From positions 40,063 through 104,062 of the forward strand of contig CAJTLY010000001.1 in assembly GCA_910577095.1 (NCBI GenBank): a stretch of 64,000 nucleotides of DNA. The letters are read 5' to 3'. This DNA comes from an uncultured Alphaproteobacteria bacterium. GTDB taxonomy: Bacteria; Pseudomonadota; Alphaproteobacteria; RF32; CAG-239. The position numbers and the translations under genes are program-made. The notes beneath the pieces are model-generated. The model did not search any database, had not been told where the DNA came from, and saw only the letters and a list, made by a program, of their open reading frames with translations. Position 1 is the stretch's first letter, and each line of letters opens with the position of its first letter. Positions 36,998 through 46,034 of this stretch are shown in pieces.

Positions 36998-37540
36998 ATG
37001 AGAAATAAACTTCTGACTATCGCGTGTCTGGCTCTGTCCGTGTCGTCGGCACAGGCCGGAACTGTCGGCGATTTTTTCCATCGTGCCGCCGATAATGCAA
37101 AATATGCTTTTTCCTGTGGCAACAACGACCTCTATGTACCGATAAGAACATGGCATAACCGCTTGTTTTACGATAAGGAACATATTGATAAATACAATGA
37201 AGAACCGTGGGGAATCGGTTTCGGACGCAGTGTCTGGGACGGCAACGAATGGCACGGCGTTTATGCGATGGGCTTTAAAGATTCTAACTCTTATTTGGAA
37301 ACAATTGCCGGGTACGCCTATCTGTACAATTGGGGAATCGGCGATTCCGAAGATTGGAAAGTCGGTGTCGGCTATACGCTTAGCCTGACCCAGCGGCACG
37401 AATATAAGTATATCCCGGTTCCGCTGCCGTTGCCGATTGCCGGTGTCTCTTATCAACGGTTTTCTATACAGGCGGCCTACGTTCCCGGAATTAAAAACGA
37501 CGGCAATGTTTTGTTTGCCTGGATGAGATGGTCATTTTAA
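36998..37540 (+). CDS. pagP: lipid A palmitoyltransferase PagP
   Basis: 180 aa with a signal peptide. Colinear with E. coli PagP as I recall it: YVPIRTWHNRLFYDKEHIDKYNEEPWGIGFGRS, WHGVYAMGFKDS, YIPVPLPLP, NGNVLFAWMRWSF. Confidence 0.85.
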   Translation: MRNKLLTIACLALSVSSAQAGTVGDFFHRAADNAKYAFSCGNNDLYVPIRTWHNRLFYDKEHIDKYNEEPWGIGFGRSVWDGNEWHGVYAMGFKDSNSYLETIAGYAYLYNWGIGDSEDWKVGVGYTLSLTQRHEYKYIPVPLPLPIAGVSYQRFSIQAAYVPGIKNDGNVLFAWMRWSF

Positions 37541-37565
37541 CTTCTAAACTCAAAAGGAAATTCTT

Positions 37566-38408
37566 ATGGAAAATCAAAAAACGATTAAAATAGGCAATTT
37601 TGAAATCGGTAATAAGCTGCCGCTTGCCATTATTGCCGGTCCGTGCCAGATCGAAAGCCGTCAGCATGCGGTTGATATCGCCGGTGCCATGGTGGAAATC
37701 ACCAACGCCCTTGGCATTAATTATATCTTTAAGGCCTCGTATGACAAAGCCAACCGTACTTCGCTCAGATCGCCGCGAGGCGTCGGAATTGACGAAGGAA
37801 TGCGGACTTTTGCCGAAATCAAGAAATTGTACGGCTGCCCGATTTTAACCGACGTTCACGAAACGGCGCAATGTGCTATCGCCGCCGAGCAGGCTGACGT
37901 TTTGCAAATTCCCGCATTTTTATGTCGGCAGACCGATTTGGTGGTTGCCGCCGCCGAAACCGGAAAAGTCGTTAATATTAAAAAAGGGCAGTTTTTGGCA
38001 CCGTGGGACATGAAAAATCTGGTTATGAAATCGGTTGACAGCGGCAATCCCAACGTTTGTATCACCGAGCGCGGCACCAGCTTCGGCTACAATACGCTGG
38101 TTACCGATATGCGAGCTTTTCCGCAAATGGCCAAAGACACGGGCTGTCCGATTATTTTTGACGCCACGCATTCGGTTCAGCAGCCGGGCGGTTTGGGCGG
38201 TTGTTCTGGCGGTCAGCGCGAGTTTGCGCCGGTACTGGCGCGGGCGGCGGTTGCAGTCGGCGTTGCCGCGGTTTTCATCGAAACACACGAAAACCCGGAC
38301 AAGGCGCTCTCGGACGGCCCCAATACCATCGCTTTGAAAGATATGAAAAGAGTTATTTCAGAGTTGATGGCTTATGACAAGGTAACAAAAAGCTTAATTT
38401 CTGAATAA
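37566..38408 (+). CDS. kdsA: 2-dehydro-3-deoxyphosphooctonate (KDO-8-P) aldolase
   Basis: 280 aa with the FKASYDKANRTS, QIPAFLCRQTDL and FDATHSVQ motifs. Confidence 0.93.
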   Translation: MENQKTIKIGNFEIGNKLPLAIIAGPCQIESRQHAVDIAGAMVEITNALGINYIFKASYDKANRTSLRSPRGVGIDEGMRTFAEIKKLYGCPILTDVHETAQCAIAAEQADVLQIPAFLCRQTDLVVAAAETGKVVNIKKGQFLAPWDMKNLVMKSVDSGNPNVCITERGTSFGYNTLVTDMRAFPQMAKDTGCPIIFDATHSVQQPGGLGGCSGGQREFAPVLARAAVAVGVAAVFIETHENPDKALSDGPNTIALKDMKRVISELMAYDKVTKSLISE

Positions 38409-38438
38409 GCTGCCGCGAACCTATGACGTACAAAGCAT

Positions 38439-38476
38439 AAAAAAAGCTTCGGTTATTTCTAACCGAAGCTTTTTTA
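38439..38476. terminator. bidirectional terminator (kdsA and the 111-aa membrane gene)
   Basis: AGCTTCGGTT/AACCGAAGCT 10-bp stem flanked by A6 and T6. Confidence 0.8.
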
Positions 38477-38481
38477 CAGTT

Positions 38482-38817
38482 TTACCTTCTAGGCCTAAAT
38501 ATAGGTTCGAGGATAAATGCAACAACATTTACCCCAAAGATCATCCAAAGTGCCGCATCTTCAATTCCGCTCATCTTTAGCATAATCACCATCAAGACAT
38601 CTACGACGGCCATTAAAAACCAGTGACCCCAAAAATATAGGGGGGTAGGCATGTCTTCTCCTTCTGCTTCGTGGAAACATGGAGAGATTAAGATGATCAG
38701 TCCGATTATGAAGAAAAGCAGCATGGACACTAAAGGATTTTCTTCGAAATTGTCAACCAGTCCTATCAGGGCACCTGATCCTATTAGATTGATAACCCAC
38801 AAGAAAACTGTTTTCAT
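38482..38817 (-). CDS. small polytopic membrane protein (paralog A)
   Basis: 111 aa, about 4 TM, N-terminus MKTVFLWVINLIGSGAL resembling that of the next gene. Confidence 0.55.
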   Translation of the reverse strand: MKTVFLWVINLIGSGALIGLVDNFEENPLVSMLLFFIIGLIILISPCFHEAEGEDMPTPLYFWGHWFLMAVVDVLMVIMLKMSGIEDAALWMIFGVNVVAFILEPIFRPRR

Positions 38818-38984
38818 GATTATAGAGATTAATTGTTTCCAGAAAAATTATTTACTACCGTTATATTAAAGACTTCTGTCAAAATTGTCAATATTTTTAT
38901 AAGGCTGTTTAACAAAAAAAGAAAAGAATAAAACAAAAAGTCCGGTGTTTAAAACATCCGGACTTTTGTAAAGAGAGAGAAAGG

Positions 38985-39353
38985 TCAAAGCGGCTTTTGC
39001 GGTTGTTTGGGCGAATTGTCATCATCGGACGGGGAAATCATAATTCCGTCGATAACCCAATACACGAAAGCGTTCAACAGTGCCAGAACGACGACTGTGG
39101 CGGTAAAGGACATCAGGCCTGCGTCTTCTTTAAGAAGCAGAGTGTCCATAATCAGCAATACCGATCCGGTAAAAACATAATACCAGCCGCAGCGCTCGCG
39201 TTCGTTGTGTGACCACGCCAAATAGGAGATGACGGCAACAATCGCCAAAACAACCATAAGCTTGGTGACGTCACAGTCGTGAAAATACCCCATAAAATCA
39301 GTCAGAATTGCCGAACCGACGAAGTTGGCAATCAACAAAGAAATGGTTTTCAT
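38985..39353 (-). CDS. small polytopic membrane protein (paralog B)
   Basis: 122 aa, about 4 TM, N-terminus MKTISLLIANFVGSAIL. Own terminator hairpin at about 38938-38970. Confidence 0.55.
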   Translation of the reverse strand: MKTISLLIANFVGSAILTDFMGYFHDCDVTKLMVVLAIVAVISYLAWSHNERERCGWYYVFTGSVLLIMDTLLLKEDAGLMSFTATVVVLALLNAFVYWVIDGIMISPSDDDNSPKQPQKPL

Positions 39354-39465
39354 ATCATGAATAATTTAATTAATTGTTTTTTGAGTAGCTTCATCGTACG
39401 GTTTTTATTGCAATAAGTCAAGACTGTCGTTAATATAAATTCGATTTAATTTGACGGATTAAAAA

Positions 39466-40182
39466 ATGCAGTTTAATGACGAAGGGTATATTGTTGCCGT
39501 GCGCCGCTACGGAGAAAATTCTTTGATTGTCAATGTGATAAGCAAAGAACACGGTCTGATCGGCGGTTTTGTCAAGGGCGGCGGCAGCAAAAAAAATGTC
39601 GGCGTTTATCAAATTGGCAATCAGATAAGCTTTGAAGCCTATGCCCGAATTGAAGAAAATATGCTGACGCTCAAAACGGAACTGCTGGCACCGGTTGCGG
39701 TCAATTTTATGTCATCTCCCGCCAAACTGGCGGCTCTGTCTTCTTTATGTGCGCTTTGTCTGAGTTGTTTGCCGGAAAAAGAAAATTTAGAGCGTTTTTA
39801 TTATTACATCGACAGTTTTTTTCAGCTTATAAATCAAGAAAACTGGATAACTCATTATTGTTTCTTTGAATTTTACCTTTTGGAATATTTGGGCATTGGG
39901 CTGGACCTTTCCGAATGCGCCGCAACCGGAAGTCGCGAAAATCTGGCTTACGTCTCTCCGAAAAGCGGGCGGGCAGTCTGCCGGGAGTCGGGAGAAATCT
40001 ATGCGTCGCGCCTGTATGCCTATCCGCATTTTATTGTGGATAAAAATTATTTTCCGACCCCGCGCGAGATGGCGGATTTGTTGAAAATGACAGCTTTTTT
40101 TCTTTCTAAAAACTTTTTTCAAACACATGGCTTGAAATTCCCGAGAAACCGTGCTAATTTGCTGGAAAACTTAGATCTATAA
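39466..40182 (+). CDS. recO: DNA repair protein RecO
   Basis: 238 aa with an OB-fold N-terminus ([33 protein letters not shown]). Cys residues are present in the central region, but I did not confirm a Zn-motif. Confidence 0.8.
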   Translation: MQFNDEGYIVAVRRYGENSLIVNVISKEHGLIGGFVKGGGSKKNVGVYQIGNQISFEAYARIEENMLTLKTELLAPVAVNFMSSPAKLAALSSLCALCLSCLPEKENLERFYYYIDSFFQLINQENWITHYCFFEFYLLEYLGIGLDLSECAATGSRENLAYVSPKSGRAVCRESGEIYASRLYAYPHFIVDKNYFPTPREMADLLKMTAFFLSKNFFQTHGLKFPRNRANLLENLDL

Positions 40183-40190
40183 GAGAAAAA

Positions 40191-42422
40191 ATGCAGGAAA
40201 TCGAAGAAAAAATTAAAGATGTCCAACTGGCCGAAGAATTGAGCAAAAGATATCTTTCTTACGCCATGTCCACAATTGTTTCCCGGTCGCTTCCGGACGT
40301 CCGCGACGGCTTAAAACCGGTACACCGCCGGCTTTTGTATGCTATGCGGCAATTACACCTTGATCCAAAGTCGGGTTTCAAAAAATGTGCCCGTGTCGTC
40401 GGCGATGTGATCGGTAAATATCACCCTCACGGCGACAGTGCCGTTTACGGCGCAATGGTCCGTCTGGCACAAGACTTTTCGGTCCGTTATCCGCTGGTGG
40501 ACGGTCAGGGCAATTTCGGCAATATCGATGGAGACGGCGCGGCGGCAATGCGTTATACCGAGGCCCGATTGACAGAGTTTGCCATTGCGATGATGGAAGG
40601 TCTTAATGATAATGCCGTCGATTTTATGGAAACTTATGACGGTGAGGAAAGCGAACCGGTCGTTATGCCTTCTATGGTTCCGAATTTGCTGTGTAACGGG
40701 TCGGCCGGTATTGCCGTCGGAATGGCGACCAATATCCCGCCGCACAATCTGAGCGAAGTCAGTGACGCTCTGTTATATCTGATTGATAATCCCGATTGTG
40801 AAATTGAACCTCTGGTAAAAAGGATCAAAGGTCCCGATTTTCCGACCGGAGGCTTTATCATTGACAAATTTGAAAGTATTTTAGACACTTATCGCCAGGG
40901 GAAGGGCGTCTTTCGTATCCGTGCCAAATGGGAAAAAGAAGATCTCGGTCACGGTCAGTATCAGATTGTCGTTACCGAAATTCCCTATATGGTGCAAAAA
41001 GCCAAACTGATTGAAAAGATCGCCGCTTTGTTGTTGGAACGCAAGGTTCCGCTGCTGAATGACGTCAGGGACGAATCTACCCATGATATCCGAATTGTGC
41101 TGGAGCCGAAAAGCCGTCTCGTTGACGCCAACCTGCTGATGGAACACCTGTTTAAACAAACCGAGTTGGAAAGCCGCTTTAACCTTAATATGAACGTTCT
41201 TGATTCTGACGGGGTTCCGCGGGTAATGTCCGTCAAGGAAGTTTTGCGCGAATTCTTAAATCATCGTCATATCGTTTTGATTCGGCGTGTCAATTACCGG
41301 CTTGAAAAAATAAATTATCGCTTGGAAATTCTCAGCGGTTATCTGGTCGCTTATCTTAATTTGGATCGCATTATTCAAATTATCCGCGAAGAAGACGAGC
41401 CTAAAGCGGTTATGATGAAAGAGTTCGCTTTGACTGACAATCAGTCGGAAGCTATTTTGAATATGAAACTCCGTTCTCTGCGCAAGCTGGAGGAAAGCCA
41501 AATTCGCGAAGAATACGATGATCTTTCGAATGAAAAGTCGGGGTTGGAAGAATTACTCGGCAACGAAGATAAACGTTGGCAGGCGATTGCCGGCGAAATC
41601 AGACAGATGAAGGAAAAATTCGGTAAGAAAACGGCTTTGGGACGTCGTCGTACCGAATTCTCCGAAGTTTCCGAAGAAATAGAAGTTCCGCTCGAAGTTT
41701 TGATCGAAAAAGAGCCGATTACGGTTATTTTGTCGCAAAAGGGCTGGATCCGCAGTCTTAAAGGATATGCCAACCTGAATGACGAATTTAAATTCAAGGA
41801 TGACGATGCCTTGCAGTTTGCTATTCATGCCCAAACCACCGACAAAATTGTGATTATGGACAGTTCCGGTAAGTTCTTTAATATTGCCGCCAACGAAATT
41901 CCGAGCGGCCGCGGGTTCGGACAACCGTTGCGTCTGATGATCGATATCGCCAACAATGACGAAGTGGTGTCGATGTTTGTTTTTGAACCAAAAGTTTCCT
42001 ATCTGATTGCATCCAAACGCGGATACGGTTTTGTCGTTGACGAAAATCATTTGATCGCTCAAACCCGCAACGGACGAAAGATTATGAACGTTTCCGACGG
42101 TGATGCAACGATGTTCTGTCTGAAAGTTGAGGGGGATATGGTTGCCGTTGTCGGTGACAATCGCAAGCTCTTGGTGTTCAAAGCCGAAGAAATTCCGACC
42201 ATGGCGCGCGGGCGGGGCGTTTGTCTGCAAAAATATAAAGACGGCGGCTTGTCGGATATCCAATTCTTTAACGAAGCAAACGGTTTTAGCTTCAATCGTT
42301 CCGGCGGCATCAGTACCGAAAAAGAATTGCTCACTTGGCTGGGGCATCGGGCTCAAATCGGTAAGCTGGTTCCGTTCGGTTTTCCCAAAAACAATAAGTT
42401 TTTCAACCAAAACAACGGTTAA
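40191..42422 (+). CDS. parC: DNA topoisomerase IV subunit A
   Basis: 743 aa with [14 protein letters not shown], the active-site region [10 protein letters not shown] and a short C-terminal beta-pinwheel (ParC-length rather than GyrA-length). Confidence 0.88.
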   Translation: MQEIEEKIKDVQLAEELSKRYLSYAMSTIVSRSLPDVRDGLKPVHRRLLYAMRQLHLDPKSGFKKCARVVGDVIGKYHPHGDSAVYGAMVRLAQDFSVRYPLVDGQGNFGNIDGDGAAAMRYTEARLTEFAIAMMEGLNDNAVDFMETYDGEESEPVVMPSMVPNLLCNGSAGIAVGMATNIPPHNLSEVSDALLYLIDNPDCEIEPLVKRIKGPDFPTGGFIIDKFESILDTYRQGKGVFRIRAKWEKEDLGHGQYQIVVTEIPYMVQKAKLIEKIAALLLERKVPLLNDVRDESTHDIRIVLEPKSRLVDANLLMEHLFKQTELESRFNLNMNVLDSDGVPRVMSVKEVLREFLNHRHIVLIRRVNYRLEKINYRLEILSGYLVAYLNLDRIIQIIREEDEPKAVMMKEFALTDNQSEAILNMKLRSLRKLEESQIREEYDDLSNEKSGLEELLGNEDKRWQAIAGEIRQMKEKFGKKTALGRRRTEFSEVSEEIEVPLEVLIEKEPITVILSQKGWIRSLKGYANLNDEFKFKDDDALQFAIHAQTTDKIVIMDSSGKFFNIAANEIPSGRGFGQPLRLMIDIANNDEVVSMFVFEPKVSYLIASKRGYGFVVDENHLIAQTRNGRKIMNVSDGDATMFCLKVEGDMVAVVGDNRKLLVFKAEEIPTMARGRGVCLQKYKDGGLSDIQFFNEANGFSFNRSGGISTEKELLTWLGHRAQIGKLVPFGFPKNNKFFNQNNG

Positions 42423-42455
42423 AAAACAATACCAAACGTAAAAGATTACAAGATA

Positions 42456-42480
42456 CCCCGCCCAAAGCGGGGTTATTTTT
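42456..42480 (+). terminator. terminator after parC
   Basis: CCCCGC-CCAAA-GCGGGG plus TTATTTTT. Confidence 0.8.
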
Positions 42481-43352
42481 GTTTCCAGACCGCCGTCTCG
42501 GCCTTGAATTCGTTAGCCTAAACATACACACAGCAGGCGAAATATAAATGCCATACACCGAAATCGTCATAGCAGAACAAATCAGGGAAGGGCATTGATT
42601 GTCGCAATGTCCTTGAAATGTCCTCCAAATGTCCTCTGTCTTCGGAAAACGCTTATGGAGCTTGGCTTTCAGGATGCCCCGAAAACGAGAAACGATGAGG
42701 TTCCATTTTATTTTTGTGGTGGTTACACTGGATACTGAAGAAAGTATCCGGTGTTTATTTTTAAGGATATTTCTTCGTTGATTTAATATTAATGGAGAGA
42801 AATTATGACAGATATTTTGCGAATAATAAGAAGTCTTGTTAATTTGGTTGCTATAATGATCAACTTGTGCTTTTGGGGCAACAACAAGTCAACCAACGAC
42901 AAAAATAATGTGTTCAATGGGTTTTTGAGTGTTTATACGATATTAAACGATCCCGAATGCGCAGAGAAATTCATAATCTATAGCTGCAACATTTTACTTT
43001 TAATCCTTATCTATTTTAGATGATTAAGGCACAAACACCACTTTAGAAAACAGCTCACCGGGAGATTCTTGAAAAACTTGTTATTGTGGACGATATTAGT
43101 CATGTTGGCCACAGAGACTAGAAGATCTTACCAAGATGACAATCACATATCTTATGGCTGAGTGTTTGTGTGATATGAAGCAGAGGTATTTCAGAAAGTA
43201 TACGACAAAGCTCTGAGGTTTTTCAGAGCTTCTGTCATCCAAAATTTCCGTGCGTAAAGAGACATTAAGCAAAGTAAAGCACACAAAAACAACAAGATTA
43301 CAATATGTTACTACAACAGGTTAAAGCTAAAAAAACACTAACTGTACAACCA

Positions 43353-43378
43353 CACACACTTGTCGCATAATCTATATT
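43353..43378 (+). repeat. attL: dif-like core, XerD-arm side degenerate
   Basis: TTGTCGCATAA|TCTATA| followed by TTTATCGGAGA. Confidence 0.85.
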
Positions 43379-43437
43379 TATCGGAGATGAACAACAAAAA
43401 CTATATATCGTAAAATTAACATTTTTTTTAACTTTTA

Positions 43438-43456
43438 GTCAATTGCCAAAATTGAC
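43438..43456 (+). promoter_or_regulatory. inverted repeat GTCAAT-N7-ATTGAC upstream of the initiator gene (candidate operator)
   Basis: Same half-site as the intragenic palindrome GTGTCAATATTGACAC. Lies 14 nt upstream of ATG 43470. Confidence 0.45.
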
Positions 43457-43469
43457 AGCTAGGAAAAAG

Positions 43470-44261
43470 ATGCGTTACGATTTTATAGACGAAGGACAAG
43501 ATTACGATGAGGCGGTAGATATGCCGGTAATACCGGTAAAACACCGTTCAAAGTTCGGACTTTGTCCGGCTGCCGTCTTGAATTCAGAACTCAGCAGCAC
43601 GGCCAAACTTGTCTACACGGCAATTGCAAGTTTTGTTCGTCCAGGAAAAGCAACCTTTCCATCTTACAACAGACTAGCCGATACTGTTAAAAAGTCCCGA
43701 CGTACAGTTATTCGGGCAGTTCAAGACCTTGAAAATGCTGGTTTTATTAAAAAAATATCCGCTATTCGCGACGACGGCGGCTATACGTCAAACCGTTATA
43801 CCCTAGTGTCGCCGCTGTCATTATCTGGTGACACTGATGTCACTAGCCCTAGTGACATTGATGACACTAACCCTAGTGTCAATATTGACACTTCGAAGGG
43901 TAGAAGTTTTAAAGATAATAAAAATTTTAAAAATTTTAATTCTCCGCGCGCGTACACGCGCGATATTGCCGCCGGGGCCCAACGCCCGGCGCAAACGGAT
44001 CTTGAGGATTTCGTTCCAAACAATTCAGATTTTAGCTTGTTGCAGCAATTAAAAAGCTCGGCAGGAAAGGCCGGGGCGTGGCTACAGCTAATCAGGAAAG
44101 ACAAGCAATATTACTTGCGACCAGCTTCTCCGCAAACTTTTCAGTTCATTTCAGAAAAAGATTTCGCACAAGCAGTTGATTTTGTGCAGAAAACGGCCGG
44201 AAGCTGCCAGCCGTTAAAATTTGGGCAGTATTTAAAAAAGGAGATTGTAATCAATGAATAA
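43470..44261 (+). CDS. phage/plasmid-type replication initiator (winged HTH)
   Basis: N-terminal wHTH segment AKLVYTAIASFVRPGKATFPSYNRLADTVKKSRRTVIRAVQDLENAGFIKK, typical of HTH_36-type initiators. Low-complexity linker encoded by the iteron region. Start set at ATG 43470. Confidence 0.7.
   Translation: MRYDFIDEGQDYDEAVDMPVIPVKHRSKFGLCPAAVLNSELSSTAKLVYTAIASFVRPGKATFPSYNRLADTVKKSRRTVIRAVQDLENAGFIKKISAIRDDGGYTSNRYTLVSPLSLSGDTDVTSPSDIDDTNPSVNIDTSKGRSFKDNKNFKNFNSPRAYTRDIAAGAQRPAQTDLEDFVPNNSDFSLLQQLKSSAGKAGAWLQLIRKDKQYYLRPASPQTFQFISEKDFAQAVDFVQKTAGSCQPLKFGQYLKKEIVINE
43806..43962 (+). promoter_or_regulatory. candidate replication origin: four 16-bp iterons, AT-rich tract, GC palindrome
   Basis: GTGTCGCCGCTGTCAT (43806), GTGACACTGATGTCAC (43828), GTGACATTGATGACAC (43852) and GTGTCAATATTGACAC (43876). 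The last three are spaced exactly 24 bp apart. An AT-rich stretch follows at 43904-43941, then CGCGCGT-AC-ACGCGCG. Confidence 0.6.
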
Positions 44262-44442
44262 ATATGTCGTTGAAGTTACTTATAAAAATCCTCAAGAAGG
44301 CAATTCTAAAATGGCGATTTTTGAAGTTGTTAACAATAATTTCTATGATATCGATCAGAAAATAGAGGGTTTTATAAAAGAAAATAAAATCAATGTCTTA
44401 TCATGCAAAATCAAGGAGGTTAAAGATAATGGCGGACAATGA
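44254..44442 (+). CDS. small phage protein
   Basis: 62 aa, SD AAGGAGA, start overlaps the initiator stop. Confidence 0.5.
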   Translation: MNKYVVEVTYKNPQEGNSKMAIFEVVNNNFYDIDQKIEGFIKENKINVLSCKIKEVKDNGGQ

Positions 44443-44839
44443 GATAATCGGGCGGACGTCCTGTCCGGTATGCGGTTGCGCAGATCAGGATATAAAAATA
44501 AATAAAAACAACAAGTTATATATGTTTTGCGACAATGGTTGCGCAATAAAATGGAATTCCGCGCAAAGCCGAAAGTATCTGCCGCTGCTGAAATCCGGGG
44601 CAGCGGTCAGAACCGAAACCGGATTAATTTTACAATCAATCAAGGAGTTAGAGAAAAATGAGCAACAACAAACAAACTTTGAAAATAGCCCCGGCCGATA
44701 TGTTGCCGGAAGCCGTGGAAATTATGCCGGAGGACGGCCAGACCGAGGATTTGCCGGAACTGCAGCAGCCGGAGATAACGGCTCAGGAGAGCGCCGCGGC
44801 TGGCTTGCCGGACTTTTGTCCGACGATGACGACGAGTGA
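44429..44839 (+). CDS. zinc-ribbon protein
   Basis: SD AAGGAGG before ATG 44429. CPVCGC...FCDNGC four-Cys ribbon. The Gly/Arg-rich C-terminal tail overlaps the next ORF and may not be genuine coding sequence. Confidence 0.5.
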   Translation: MADNEIIGRTSCPVCGCADQDIKINKNNKLYMFCDNGCAIKWNSAQSRKYLPLLKSGAAVRTETGLILQSIKELEKNEQQQTNFENSPGRYVAGSRGNYAGGRPDRGFAGTAAAGDNGSGERRGWLAGLLSDDDDE

Positions 44840-45254
44840 AGGCTCGTATTCGCGTGACGAATTTCGGCAGAATTTCAATTCGTTTTTGGAATTTCTGGAA
44901 AATCCGTCTGCCGCGACCGACACCTTTTCGACGATCGTCGGAAAGGGGCGTGAGTTGTCGGCCGATAAGATCTATAACCTGGCCGAACGTTACAGCTGGC
45001 TGAACTGGCTAATCGACCGCAAAACGCAAGCGCTCAGCGATTTGCTGCTGGTGACAATATTCGTCACGTTTGAAAGTAACGTGATTATTCAAAACTGGAC
45101 TGGAATTTCATATTTAGAAAAGGCAAAATTATGGTTAAAAAACAAAGCAAAAGAGAAGAAATCAGCAGTAAAGAGCGGACGTTTCCGCAGTCTGTTCGGC
45201 TGGGGGTATTCGGCGCCAGCGGATCAGGCAAAAGCTACCGGGCCAAACAGCTAA
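44658..45254 (+). CDS. phage protein, acidic N-terminus with one hydrophobic segment
   Basis: 198 aa, SD AAGGAG before the ATG. Overlaps the flanking ORFs by 182 nt and 124 nt. Confidence 0.5.
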   Translation: MSNNKQTLKIAPADMLPEAVEIMPEDGQTEDLPELQQPEITAQESAAAGLPDFCPTMTTSEGSYSRDEFRQNFNSFLEFLENPSAATDTFSTIVGKGRELSADKIYNLAERYSWLNWLIDRKTQALSDLLLVTIFVTFESNVIIQNWTGISYLEKAKLWLKNKAKEKKSAVKSGRFRSLFGWGYSAPADQAKATGPNS

Positions 45255-45817
45255 CGGCCGGGTTGCGGCGGGTCATATTTTTTGACCCGCTCGGCGATTT
45301 TGTCACGGGTTCAAAAGTGTTCACGAATTATGACAATCTTGTCAAATTTCTACTGTCAAACTGGACCACAGGATTTCGGATTTCTTATCGGCCAGAATTC
45401 GGCAACGAAGTTGCTGAGCTGGATCGGCTAAGCAAAATGCTTGTTTTGCTGCAATACGGTTATGGCAGAATTCACTGGGGTAAATTAACCCTAGTCGTTG
45501 ATGAGCTTGACGAAGGCTTCCCGTCTGGAATTACACAGAAAAATCCGAAGAACGGCTTTGCGTATCTTTGTAAGCGAGGCCGTCATTTCGGGATTAACTT
45601 AATCGGCTGCAGCCAAAGAACGGCTCAGGTTGATGTGTGCTTTCGCGGTAACTTGACCGGGCTCTATCTTTTCCGTCACGTTGACCCGATCGATACCGAA
45701 AAAGCATTACAAATGCTTGGCCGGGAATATGCGACCGATTTCCGTAACCTGAACGATCGGGAATATATCTACAAGTCAGGTGCACTGCAGAAAATCGTAA
45801 AAAATGAAAAAAAATGA
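45131..45817 (+). CDS. FtsK/HerA-superfamily P-loop ATPase (candidate genome-packaging ATPase)
   Basis: 228 aa with Walker A GASGSGKS, Walker B LTLVVDELDE and the downstream RGRHFGINLIGCSQR motif (HerA/FtsK-like arginine/sensor). No TM segment. Confidence 0.7.
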   Translation: MVKKQSKREEISSKERTFPQSVRLGVFGASGSGKSYRAKQLTAGLRRVIFFDPLGDFVTGSKVFTNYDNLVKFLLSNWTTGFRISYRPEFGNEVAELDRLSKMLVLLQYGYGRIHWGKLTLVVDELDEGFPSGITQKNPKNGFAYLCKRGRHFGINLIGCSQRTAQVDVCFRGNLTGLYLFRHVDPIDTEKALQMLGREYATDFRNLNDREYIYKSGALQKIVKNEKK

Positions 45818-45860
45818 CATTTTTTGAATTTTTTTACGTACGTAAGAAAAAGTCTAGGAA

Positions 45861-45893
45861 AACCGCGGGTTTGCGAATTTGCGGTTTTTTTTT
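45861..45893 (+). terminator. possible terminator separating the early and late modules
   Basis: AACCGC...GCGGTT stem with a 14-nt loop followed by T9. The stem is weak. Confidence 0.35.
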
Positions 45894-45948
45894 ATTTATG
45901 CTCAATGGCAATTGATCTTTTTCGTTAACAACATAAGGAGTTGAAAAT

Positions 45949-46029
45949 ATGAAAACTTTTTTGAAAACCATGATTGCCGTTGTCGCCGGGCTTGGCGTGT
46001 ACAACTGGTGGTCCAACCGTAGCAAATAG
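45949..46029 (+). CDS. 26-aa hydrophobic peptide
   Basis: MKTFLKTMIAVVAGLGVYNWWSNRSK, SD AAGGAG, below the ORF-track cutoff. Confidence 0.4.
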   Translation: MKTFLKTMIAVVAGLGVYNWWSNRSK

Positions 46030-46034
46030 GAGAT

